Source: Planctomycetia bacterium
GTDB taxonomy: Bacteria; Planctomycetota; Planctomycetia; Pirellulales; JACPPG01
Length of the DNA stretch: 64,000 bases
Reading direction: 5' to 3'
NCBI GenBank assembly: GCA_016191115.1
Contig: JACPPG010000050.1
Coordinates: 12,390-76,389, forward strand
The position numbers and the translations under genes were made by a program. The notes under the pieces are model-generated. The model ran no database searches, was not told where the DNA came from, and saw nothing but the letters and a program-made list of their open reading frames with translations. This document shows, piece after piece, positions 51,197 to 59,371 of the stretch; positions within the stretch are counted from its first letter, which is position 1, and each line of letters begins with the position of its first letter.

Positions 51197-52507
51197 TCAC
51201 TCATATTCCCGGATGCGGCGGCCGATCGCTTCGCCCAGCGCTTCGCGGACGCTCTCGATCGTGATCCGGTCGAAGACCTGCTGGAAAAAACCGGCCACGA
51301 TCATGCGGATCGCTTCCTTGCGCGACAGTCCGCGGCAGCGGGCGTAGAAAATCTGCTCGTCGTCGACCCGGCCCGCCGTCGCCCCGTGCGTGCAGCGGAC
51401 GTCGTCGGCCTGGATTTCCAGCCCCGGGATCGAGTCGGCCCGCGCGTGCTCGGAGAGCATGAGGTTGTCGTTGCGCTGGTAGCCGTCGGTTTTCTGGGCG
51501 CCCGGATCGACCTTGATCATGCCGCGCCACACAAGGCGCGAGCGGTCCTGCAGCGCCCCTTTGTACAAAAGATCGCTGCGGCAGTGCTCAGCCTGGTGGT
51601 GCTGCATAGTGTTGTAAGTCAACTGCTGCTTGCCTTCGGTGAACATGACGCCGTTGACCTGCGCTTCGGCGCCCGGACCGATGAGGGCCACGTGCTGCCG
51701 CACGTGCGCCAACCGGCTGCCGAGTGCCCCGATCGTCCACTGCAAGCGGGCGTCGCGATCGACCAGCGCCTTCTGGTGGGCGAAGTGCCACACGCCAGAA
51801 CCCCAGTTCTGCAGGTTCACGTAGCGAAGGCTTGCGCCAGGACCGACGAAGATTTCGATCGCCCCGCAGTGCAAGCCTGGCGCGTCGCCGCCGCCGGCCG
51901 TTTCGGCCAGGAGCGTGGCCGCGGCGCCTTCTTCGAGAATCACGAGCGTTCGGCCGAAATCGACGCCGCCGGGCGTCAGTCCGTTGAACACGTGCAGCGG
52001 CCGATCGATCGTGACGCCGCGGGGAACGAAGAGCGCCGTTCCGCCCGACCAACAGGCGGCGTGAAGTGCCGCGAATTTATCGAGCGCCGGGTCGACGATC
52101 CGCCGGGCGAGGTACGGCCGCAGAGTTTCGGGATGCTCGATGAGCAGCCGATCGAGGCTGCCGAAGAGCACGCCTTGCTCGGCCAACTTGCCGGCCGCGC
52201 GCGTGGCGAGCGAGCGGCTGTTGAGCGAGACGTCGCTACCGGCCAGGTCGACGCCGCGCGTCAACACCGGCTCCGGAACCTCCGCGTCGCCGTCAGCTTC
52301 GCGCGGAAGGCCGAAGCGGTCGAGGTGAAAGAGCCGCAGGTCGGTCCGCATCCACTCTTCATCGCTGCGCGACGGCATGTCGAGCCGCTGGAACGTGTCC
52401 CAGGCCTTGCGCCGCTCGTCGACCAGCCACCCTGGCTCATCGCGCGCGTTTAGAAAGGCGTCGAACGCCTCTTGCGTGAAGCCGGATTGGGTAGCGGTGG
52501 ATGACAT
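51197..52507 (-). CDS. sufD: Fe-S cluster assembly protein SufD
   Basis: ATG at 52507. C-terminal ..SEHARADSIPGLEIQADDVRCTHGATAGRVDDEQIFYARCRGL is typical of SufD. Confidence 0.85.
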   Translation of the reverse strand: MSSTATQSGFTQEAFDAFLNARDEPGWLVDERRKAWDTFQRLDMPSRSDEEWMRTDLRLFHLDRFGLPREADGDAEVPEPVLTRGVDLAGSDVSLNSRSLATRAAGKLAEQGVLFGSLDRLLIEHPETLRPYLARRIVDPALDKFAALHAACWSGGTALFVPRGVTIDRPLHVFNGLTPGGVDFGRTLVILEEGAAATLLAETAGGGDAPGLHCGAIEIFVGPGASLRYVNLQNWGSGVWHFAHQKALVDRDARLQWTIGALGSRLAHVRQHVALIGPGAEAQVNGVMFTEGKQQLTYNTMQHHQAEHCRSDLLYKGALQDRSRLVWRGMIKVDPGAQKTDGYQRNDNLMLSEHARADSIPGLEIQADDVRCTHGATAGRVDDEQIFYARCRGLSRKEAIRMIVAGFFQQVFDRITIESVREALGEAIGRRIREYE

Positions 52508-52563
52508 GAGCGGTGGATCGGTTTCGGAAATGGTGCTCGCAGAGCACCCTACGGGATTCACGA

Positions 52564-52639
52564 AATGATGAATGCGGAATGATGAATGATGAACGACTGG
52601 ACACTTTCATTCATCATTCATCATTCCGCATTCATCATT
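52564..52639. repeat. AT-rich palindromic element family 1, copy 4 (inside the suf operon)
   Basis: 30-bp perfect stem AATGATGAATGCGGAATGATGAATGATGAA (52564-52593), complementary to a tract within 52606-52639, with a 12-nt loop. Lies between the sufB stop (52652) and the sufD start (52507). Confidence 0.85.
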
Positions 52640-52651
52640 GCTCGCGGGCGG

Positions 52652-54067
52652 CTACCCGACCGTCCCCTCCATCTGCAGCTCGATCAGGCGGTTCATTTCC
52701 ACCGCGTACTCCATTGGTAGCTCCCTGACCAAGGGCTCGATGAAGCCACTGACGATCATCGTGCTGGCCTCGGCCTCCGACAGCCCACGGCTGGTCAAGT
52801 AGAACAACTGCTCCTCGCCGATCTTCGAGACGCTGGCCTCGTGACCGACCGTCACGTCCTGCTCGTCGATCTCCAGGTACGGATACGTGTCGCTGCGGCT
52901 GCGGGAATCCAAGATCAACGCGTCGCACACGACGCTCGACTTCGCCTTGCGGGCCCCCGGGTCGATCTTCACCAGCCCGCGATAGCTGGCGCGGCCGCCG
53001 TTTTTGGAGATCGACTTGGAAATGATGCGGCTCGACGTGTTGGGAGCGCTGTGTACGACCTTGGCGCCGGCGTCCTGGTGCTGGCCGGCCGAGGCGAAGG
53101 CGATCGACAGGATCTCGCCGCGGGCCCCCGGCTCGAGCATGTACACGGCCGGGTACTTCATCGTCAGCCGGCTTCCCAGGTTGCCGTCGATCCATTCCAT
53201 CAGGGCGTCTTCGTAAGCGACGGCGCGCTTGGTGACCAGGTTGTAGATGTTATTGGCCCAGTTCTGGATCGTCGTGTAGCGGCAGCGGGCGTGCTTCTTG
53301 ACGATGATTTCGACCACGGCTGAGTGCAAACTCTCGGTCGAGTACATCGGGGCGGTGCAGCCCTCCACGTAGTGAACCTGCGCGCCCTCGTCGACGATGA
53401 TCAGCGTCCGCTCGAACTGGCCCATGTTCTCGGCATTGATGCGGAAGTAGGCCTGCAGCGGGAACTCGATCCTTACGCCCTTGGGAACGTAGATGAACGA
53501 CCCGCCCGACCACACCGCCGAGTTGAGCGCGGCGAACTTGTTGTCGGTCGGCGGGATGATCGTGCTGAAGTATTGCCGCACGAGGTCCGGGTACTCGCGC
53601 ACGGCCGAGTCGGTGTCGGTGAAAATGACGCCCTGCTTGCTAAGATCCTCGCGCAAGGAGCCGTAGACCACTTCGCTCTCGTACTGCGCCTTCACGCCGG
53701 CCAGGAACTTCTTCTCGGCCTCGGGAATGCCCAGCTTGTCGAACGTGGTCTTGATCTCGTCGGGCACGTCGTCCCAACTGCGGCCCTGATGGTCCGAGGG
53801 CTTGATGTAGTAGAAGATGTCCTGGAAGTTGAGATCGATCCGGCCGCCCCACCGCGGCATCGGCTTCGAGTTGAAGATATCCAGGCTCTTCAGACGGAAG
53901 TCGCGCATCCACTGCGGCTCGTTCTTCATGTCCGAGATCTGGTGGATAATCTGGGCATCGAGCCCTTTGCGGCTCTTGAAGATGTATTTCTCGGCGTTGC
54001 GAAAATCGTACTTGTTGATTTCGCCCAGCGCGACGCCGTCCGTGTCTTGCTTGAGATCGGTTGCCAT
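52652..54067 (-). CDS. sufB: Fe-S cluster assembly protein SufB
   Basis: 471 aa. NKYDFRN..., [30 protein letters not shown]. Confidence 0.93.
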   Translation of the reverse strand: MATDLKQDTDGVALGEINKYDFRNAEKYIFKSRKGLDAQIIHQISDMKNEPQWMRDFRLKSLDIFNSKPMPRWGGRIDLNFQDIFYYIKPSDHQGRSWDDVPDEIKTTFDKLGIPEAEKKFLAGVKAQYESEVVYGSLREDLSKQGVIFTDTDSAVREYPDLVRQYFSTIIPPTDNKFAALNSAVWSGGSFIYVPKGVRIEFPLQAYFRINAENMGQFERTLIIVDEGAQVHYVEGCTAPMYSTESLHSAVVEIIVKKHARCRYTTIQNWANNIYNLVTKRAVAYEDALMEWIDGNLGSRLTMKYPAVYMLEPGARGEILSIAFASAGQHQDAGAKVVHSAPNTSSRIISKSISKNGGRASYRGLVKIDPGARKAKSSVVCDALILDSRSRSDTYPYLEIDEQDVTVGHEASVSKIGEEQLFYLTSRGLSEAEASTMIVSGFIEPLVRELPMEYAVEMNRLIELQMEGTVG

Positions 54068-54155
54068 GATGGATCGCCTACTGCGTCCTTTGTTTGCCCC
54101 AGGTACGCTCCTCCTAGCGGAGGAGGCTAAACATTCGTCTTCGCTCGGTTGTTCG

Positions 54156-55028
54156 CTACGATGCGGCGGCGGCCGGATTCTTGGCTTCCGTCGCCTGATG
54201 TTGCATGGCCGCCTCTTCGGCTGCCGCGTCGGGGTAGTCCGCGCGGATGCGATCGTACCCCTTCTTGTGCAGCTCCTCGGCCAGCTCGGCGCCGCCGGTC
54301 TCGACGATCCGTCCGCCCAGCATCACGTGCGTGAAGTCGGGCCGGTTGTGTTCCAACAGTTTGTCGTGGTGCGTGATGATCAGGATGCCCATGTCGGCCC
54401 CGCCGATTTCCGCGATGCTCTGGCTGGCCAGCCGCACGGCGTCGACGTCCAGACCGCTATCGGTCTCATCGAGGACGGCGAACTTGGGCCGCAGCATGGC
54501 CATCTGCAGGATTTCGGCCCGCTTCATCTCGCCCCCCGAGAACCCATCGTTGACGTAGCGGCGGGCGAACTCCGGGTCCATCCGCAGTTGCTCCATTTTC
54601 GCTTTGAGTTCCTTGCGGAAATCGCGCATCGGCAATAGTTCTTCGCCCTCTTTGCGCTCCGGACGGCGAACGTTCGTCGCCGCGTGGCGCAGAAAGTCGG
54701 CCATCTTCACGCCGGGGATCGACATCGGCCGCTGAAACGCCAGGAACAGGCCGGCGCGGGCTCGCTCATTGGGCTCCAACTCCAGGACGTCGACGACGTG
54801 GCCGTCGGCTTGAACCAGCTCGATCTTGCCTTGCGTCACCTGGTAGCCCGGGTGCCCCATGATCGCATAACCCAGCGTGCTCTTGCCCGAACCGTTGGGT
54901 CCCATCAGGGCGTGGGTCTCGCCGCGCTTGATCACGAGGTCGACGCCGCAAAGGATCTGCCGCTCGCCGACCGAGACGTGCAGGTCGCTGACGCGCAACG
55001 TTTCACGTTGTGGATGGGTGTTGTGCAT
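54156..55028 (-). CDS. sufC: Fe-S cluster assembly ATPase SufC
   Basis: Walker [10 protein letters not shown], signature FSGGEMKR, Walker [12 protein letters not shown]. The C-terminal Ala-rich extension is unusual. Confidence 0.92.
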   Translation of the reverse strand: MHNTHPQRETLRVSDLHVSVGERQILCGVDLVIKRGETHALMGPNGSGKSTLGYAIMGHPGYQVTQGKIELVQADGHVVDVLELEPNERARAGLFLAFQRPMSIPGVKMADFLRHAATNVRRPERKEGEELLPMRDFRKELKAKMEQLRMDPEFARRYVNDGFSGGEMKRAEILQMAMLRPKFAVLDETDSGLDVDAVRLASQSIAEIGGADMGILIITHHDKLLEHNRPDFTHVMLGGRIVETGGAELAEELHKKGYDRIRADYPDAAAEEAAMQHQATEAKNPAAAAS

Positions 55029-55054
55029 GGTCTTCTGCCGTCGTTCCCTCGAAA

Positions 55055-55705
55055 TTAGCCCGTTATTTTCTGGTGGTCGAACAACGGCTCCTTCTCTTCC
55101 ACGGCCACGTAGCCCGAGTGGTGCGGCAGCGGCAACTCGTCGTCGACCTTTTCACCCAGCTTTCCGGCCGTCGACAGCCAGTGCATCGCGCCTTGGCCCG
55201 TTGTCTTCTTTGCCAGGCGATGTCCCTTGATCTTGTCCTGGATCCGCATCAGGCCTTCGAGCAGTGCTTCCGGGCGCGGCGGGCAGCCGGGCACGTACAC
55301 ATCCACCGGCACCACGAGATCGACCCCCTTCACCACGTGATAGCCATACTTGAAGTACGGGCCGCCTCCGACCGTGCAAGCCCCCATGGCGATCACAAAC
55401 TTCGGATCGGGCATCAAGCTGTAGAGCCGGCGCACGCGGCTGGCCATCTTGTAGGTCACCGTGCCGGCCACGATCATCAGGTCGGCCTGCCGCGGCGTGG
55501 CGCGGAATGCGCCCGCGCCGAAGCGGTCCATGTCGAACCGGCTGGCTCCGGTAGCCATCATCTCAATCGCGCAGCAAGCCAGGCCGAACGTCATCGGCCA
55601 GATGCTCGACTGGCGGGCCCAGTTCGTGGCCTGCTCGACCGTGGTAATGATGAAGTTCTCCTCCATCCGACCTTCGATCCACGGTTGCGTCGGTGGTTGT
55701 GTCAT
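55055..55705 (-). CDS. nuoB: NuoB/Nqo6-family [4Fe-4S] protein, orphan copy within the suf operon
   Basis: [22 protein letters not shown] and [10 protein letters not shown] supply all four N2-cluster cysteines. A non-conserved C-terminal tail of about 60 aa follows. No nuoA/C/D genes are adjacent. Confidence 0.75.
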   Translation of the reverse strand: MTQPPTQPWIEGRMEENFIITTVEQATNWARQSSIWPMTFGLACCAIEMMATGASRFDMDRFGAGAFRATPRQADLMIVAGTVTYKMASRVRRLYSLMPDPKFVIAMGACTVGGGPYFKYGYHVVKGVDLVVPVDVYVPGCPPRPEALLEGLMRIQDKIKGHRLAKKTTGQGAMHWLSTAGKLGEKVDDELPLPHHSGYVAVEEKEPLFDHQKITG

Positions 55706-55785
55706 AGCGTCTGTTTTCCGTCGTGTGACCGGCGAGCCGCGGGCGGCTTGCGGCAGGGTTAAAACCCGCCACTATAACCGCGCCG

Positions 55786-56403
55786 CTAGTTTGTCTCAAA
55801 CTGGCAGCAGTTGTGCCCGTCCAACCGGCACTGCGAAAGGCGCACCGGCTGGTCGAGCAGTTTGGCGAACAACATCTTCTCGACCGCGCAGATGCCGCGG
55901 TCCTTCTCGGCCAACTCCGGGTAAGGGCATTCGGCCACGGTCAGCACCGGCAGCTTGTCGCTGCCGCTCACGTCGATCGGCACGCGCCGCTCGCCGAACA
56001 GCCGCCGCAGCGATTCCAGCCGGGCTGAAAGCGTCGTGCCCCCCACGGATTCGCGGTACATCGCCGCCATCGCGGTGGCGATCCGCTCCAACAAGCCGCG
56101 GCGCACCTCCTGGTCCTTGACCGCACGAATCTCGTCCCACAAGACGACGGCCAAGTCCGAGAAATTGTTGCCGGCCTGACGTCGCGCCTTGTCGGTAAGC
56201 GAATAGCGATGGCTTGGCCGCCCACGCCCAGCGCGGGCCACGTCGCGTTCGATCAGCCCTTCGCCCATTAAGCGGCTTAGCCGCTGCCGCACGGCGGTGG
56301 CCGTAACGGCCGTGGCCGCCGCCATTTGCGAGACACTCATTGCGCCGTCGCGGCGGAGCAATTCCAGCAACTGGCCGTCGGAAGTGGTTGAGCTGGTGTG
56401 CAT
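55786..56403 (-). CDS. sufR: SufR-like winged-helix transcriptional regulator with C-terminal Cys cluster
   Basis: HTH MSVSQMAAATAVTATAVRQRLSRLMGEGLIE. C-terminal cysteines in ECPYPE...GICAVE...CRLDGHNCC. First gene of the suf operon. Confidence 0.65.
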   Translation of the reverse strand: MHTSSTTSDGQLLELLRRDGAMSVSQMAAATAVTATAVRQRLSRLMGEGLIERDVARAGRGRPSHRYSLTDKARRQAGNNFSDLAVVLWDEIRAVKDQEVRRGLLERIATAMAAMYRESVGGTTLSARLESLRRLFGERRVPIDVSGSDKLPVLTVAECPYPELAEKDRGICAVEKMLFAKLLDQPVRLSQCRLDGHNCCQFETN

Positions 56404-56449
56404 GGGTTCTCGTGGCCTTCGGCTGGTCTCTCCGGGGCCTCACATATCC

Positions 56450-56497
56450 ATCTTATTCATTGCGACAATTTTGACAATAGAATATGTCAAAAATTGC
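56450..56497 (-). promoter_or_regulatory. candidate sufR promoter with overlapping palindromic operator
   Basis: Minus strand: TTGTCA (56472-56477), 16-nt spacer, TAAGAT (56450-56455). Near-perfect inverted repeat ACAATTTTGACA (56465-56476) / TGTCAAAAATTG (56485-56496) in an AT-rich patch. Confidence 0.35.
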
Positions 56498-56616
56498 ACG
56501 TCGCCGCTTTCGGATTGCCTTAAATCCTTGACTTTTTGGCACTTCAGGCGGTAAAAGTGCTTGCCCCCGTGCCGCTCCCTCCTAACCCCTATTCCCCAAC
56601 CCATAAGCCGCTACCC

Positions 56617-57045
56617 ATGCCCTGGCTCCCCAAAAAGTCGCTCGTGGCGCCGGTCGATTTTTCTGACGAGTCGTTCGCCGCTCTGGACACCGCCTTGGAC
56701 ATGGTGGCTGCGGCGTCGGACATTCACCTGCTCTACGTGCTGCCGGTGCTCGACCCGGCCGAGCCCGGCGTGATCTGGACCACGGTCGACAACTCGGTCC
56801 GTGAAAAGCACGCCCTCGATGCCCTCCGCGAACGGCTCAAGGAGAAGAAGTACCAAGGCTTGAAGATGGCCGTCTTGTTTGGTGATCCTGGCAGCGAGAT
56901 CGCGCATTTCGCCCAGGACAACAAGGCCGAGCTGATCGTCCTGCCGTCGCACGGCCGCACGGGCTTGCGGCGGCTGTTGATCGGCTCGGTGGCCGAAAAA
57001 GTGGTCCGCCTGGCCCATTGCCCGGTGTTGGTGCTGCGGACATAA
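56617..57045 (+). CDS. universal stress protein (UspA family)
   Basis: ATG at 56617. LVAPVDFSDES..., ELIVLPSHGRTGLRRLLIGSVAEKVVRLAHCPVLVLR. Confidence 0.88.
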   Translation: MPWLPKKSLVAPVDFSDESFAALDTALDMVAAASDIHLLYVLPVLDPAEPGVIWTTVDNSVREKHALDALRERLKEKKYQGLKMAVLFGDPGSEIAHFAQDNKAELIVLPSHGRTGLRRLLIGSVAEKVVRLAHCPVLVLRT

Positions 57046-57228
57046 GCTGCGACTTCGAGCTGGCGCTTCGGAACGGGAAGAGGCTCCCTCCGAACCGTTG
57101 CCTGCCTGAATCGACGGCCAAGCAAAAGCTTGGCCTCCCCACCGTTTGTCGATGCGATTCGTCGAGGTGGCCCACGCGCCACGTCGACGCGCTGTTCTGC
57201 CACTCTCGTTTCACAGGAGACCCCAGCA

Positions 57229-58218
57229 ATGCAACCGTCTCACACAGCATGGAGTATTGGACACAAACACGACCGCGCGCAGCGAGCAGGGCTGACGCTC
57301 GTCGAACTATTGGTGGTGATGTTCATCATCGGGGTATTGATTGCGCTTTTGCTCCCCGCTGTTCAAGCAGCGCGCGAGGCGGCGCGCCGCGCTCAATGCA
57401 CCAACAACCTGAAGCAATTGGCGTTGGGCGTGCACACCTTCCACGACACCATGCAGGGAATGCCACGCAGCCGGACGAGATGCTTGCACAGCACGTGGCT
57501 GGCCGACGTGTGGCCATTTGTCGAGCAGCAGTCGCTTGCCCGATTGTGGGATCCGGCCAGTTCGTTCTTTGCCCAATCGGCCGAGACCCGCACCGCGCAG
57601 GTGGCGATCTACTACTGCCCGTCACGGCGGGACGCGCCTCAACTGAGCGAGCCGGGTCAGGACGACCGTTTGGCGGCTGTCGATCTGCGGGGCGCCCTGG
57701 GCGACTACGCGGGCTGCATCGGCGATGGAATCGCGGGAGGCAAACGCGCCGACTACGCGGATCGATCGGCCAACGGAATGTTCCTCTCGCACAGCGAGTT
57801 TGGCGCCGGCTGCGGCGGCGCCGATCCGTACTACCGCTTCAACGCCGAGCGATTTTACGTGAACTTTCAAGCCGTGACCGACGGCACGAGCACGACGCTC
57901 CTGGTCGGTGAGAAGCACGTGCCGCCGAGCGCCTTCGGCTACCGCCTGCTGGACGGCAAGGAGATCGACGACAACGCGATCTATAACCCGGACCATCTCG
58001 GGACGACGGGGCGTTTCGCCGGCCCGGGATTCCCGCTGGCTCGGTCAGTCGATGAACCGGTCAATATGAACTTCGGCGGCCTGCATTCCGGCGTATGCAT
58101 GTTCGCGCTGGTCGACGGCAGCGTGCGTGGCGTGTCCACGAGCATTGAAAAGGAGTTGCTGGGAACGATCGCTTCGCGAAACGACGGTTTGCCGGTTGGT
58201 GAAATCGGCGTCAACTGA
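57229..58218 (+). CDS. DUF1559 protein with prepilin-type N-terminal methylation motif
   Basis: GLTLVELLVVMFIIGVLIALLLPAVQAAREAARRAQCTNNLKQLALGVH is the standard DUF1559 N-terminus. ATG at 57229. Confidence 0.88.
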   Translation: MQPSHTAWSIGHKHDRAQRAGLTLVELLVVMFIIGVLIALLLPAVQAAREAARRAQCTNNLKQLALGVHTFHDTMQGMPRSRTRCLHSTWLADVWPFVEQQSLARLWDPASSFFAQSAETRTAQVAIYYCPSRRDAPQLSEPGQDDRLAAVDLRGALGDYAGCIGDGIAGGKRADYADRSANGMFLSHSEFGAGCGGADPYYRFNAERFYVNFQAVTDGTSTTLLVGEKHVPPSAFGYRLLDGKEIDDNAIYNPDHLGTTGRFAGPGFPLARSVDEPVNMNFGGLHSGVCMFALVDGSVRGVSTSIEKELLGTIASRNDGLPVGEIGVN

Positions 58219-59302
58219 GATTTGCCGCTTGGTGCAGGGCAGCGAGTGCGCGCGGAAAAAACCGCTCCACCACCTCGAAGAATTCCGCCGGCGAGGCCAC
58301 GTGCGCCACCCGCGTGCGGAATTCGCGGGCGCCGGGCCGGCCTTGCGCGTAGCAACAGGCGTACTTGCGCATCAGGATCGTGCCACGATCCTCGCCGAAG
58401 CGCTCCGTCACCAGCCGGTAGTGATGGAGCAGAAGCGCGCGCTCTTCTTCGGGCGTAGGGCCGGGCGGAATCTCTTCGCCGCGCAATGCGGCGCGTGCCT
58501 GTTGGAACAGCCACGGCTTCCCCAGCGCCGCCCGCGCGATCATCACTCCGTCGACCTCGTAACGGCGGAACGCCTCGACCACCTTGGCGGCCGAATCGAG
58601 GTCGCCATTGCCGATCAGCGGAATCCGCTTCAAGTGCGGCTTGATCTGGCTGATCCGCTCCCAATCGGCCGAGCCGCCGAAGAAATCCTGCGCCGTCCGG
58701 CCGTGTACCGTCAGCGCCGCCGCACCCGCATCCTCGATCACGCGGGCGACCTCGATCGCGTTCACGTTCTGCCGCGTGCAGCCCAAGCGGATCTTGGCGG
58801 TGACGGGCGTCGGGGCGCAAGCGGCAACCACGCGTGCCACGATCGCTCCCACCCGCCCGGGACACTTGAGCAGATACGATCCGCTTTGGGCCGCGACCGT
58901 GACCTGCTTGACGGGGCATCCAAAATTGATGTCGACGACGCTGACCTTGAATTCGTGCGCCAGCCGCGCGCCGACGGCGGCCAGCGTCTCAGGATCGTTG
59001 TCCCAGATCTGAACGGCCAGCGGCCGCGGCTCGTCCTTGACGCCCCACAACCGGTCCGGGAACTCGCCGTCGCGCTCGTCCTTGGCCAGAAATCCCCGGG
59101 CACTGATCATCTCCGTGGCCTGCAGGCCCGCGCCGCCGAACTCGCGAACGATTTGCCGATAAGCGTAGTTCGTGAAGCCGGCCATCGGCGCTTGCAGCAC
59201 CGGCGGATCGACAATCACATCCCCGATCTTGAGCGGCCGCACGGCGACGGCCGATTGTGGGCCATTTTGAGCGTCTGGTGATCGGTCGAGAGTGATCGAC
59301 AT
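58211..59302 (-). CDS. dusB: tRNA-dihydrouridine synthase
   Basis: VLQAPMAGFTNYAYR, VDINFGCP, TVHGRT, NGDL. Confidence 0.88.
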   Translation of the reverse strand: MSITLDRSPDAQNGPQSAVAVRPLKIGDVIVDPPVLQAPMAGFTNYAYRQIVREFGGAGLQATEMISARGFLAKDERDGEFPDRLWGVKDEPRPLAVQIWDNDPETLAAVGARLAHEFKVSVVDINFGCPVKQVTVAAQSGSYLLKCPGRVGAIVARVVAACAPTPVTAKIRLGCTRQNVNAIEVARVIEDAGAAALTVHGRTAQDFFGGSADWERISQIKPHLKRIPLIGNGDLDSAAKVVEAFRRYEVDGVMIARAALGKPWLFQQARAALRGEEIPPGPTPEEERALLLHHYRLVTERFGEDRGTILMRKYACCYAQGRPGAREFRTRVAHVASPAEFFEVVERFFPRALAALHQAANLS

Positions 59303-59371
59303 GACAAAGTGACAACCTAGCGAGCCGAGGACTTTATCGCCTCGTAGTCCTCCGCGGCGCTCAGCACCCGC

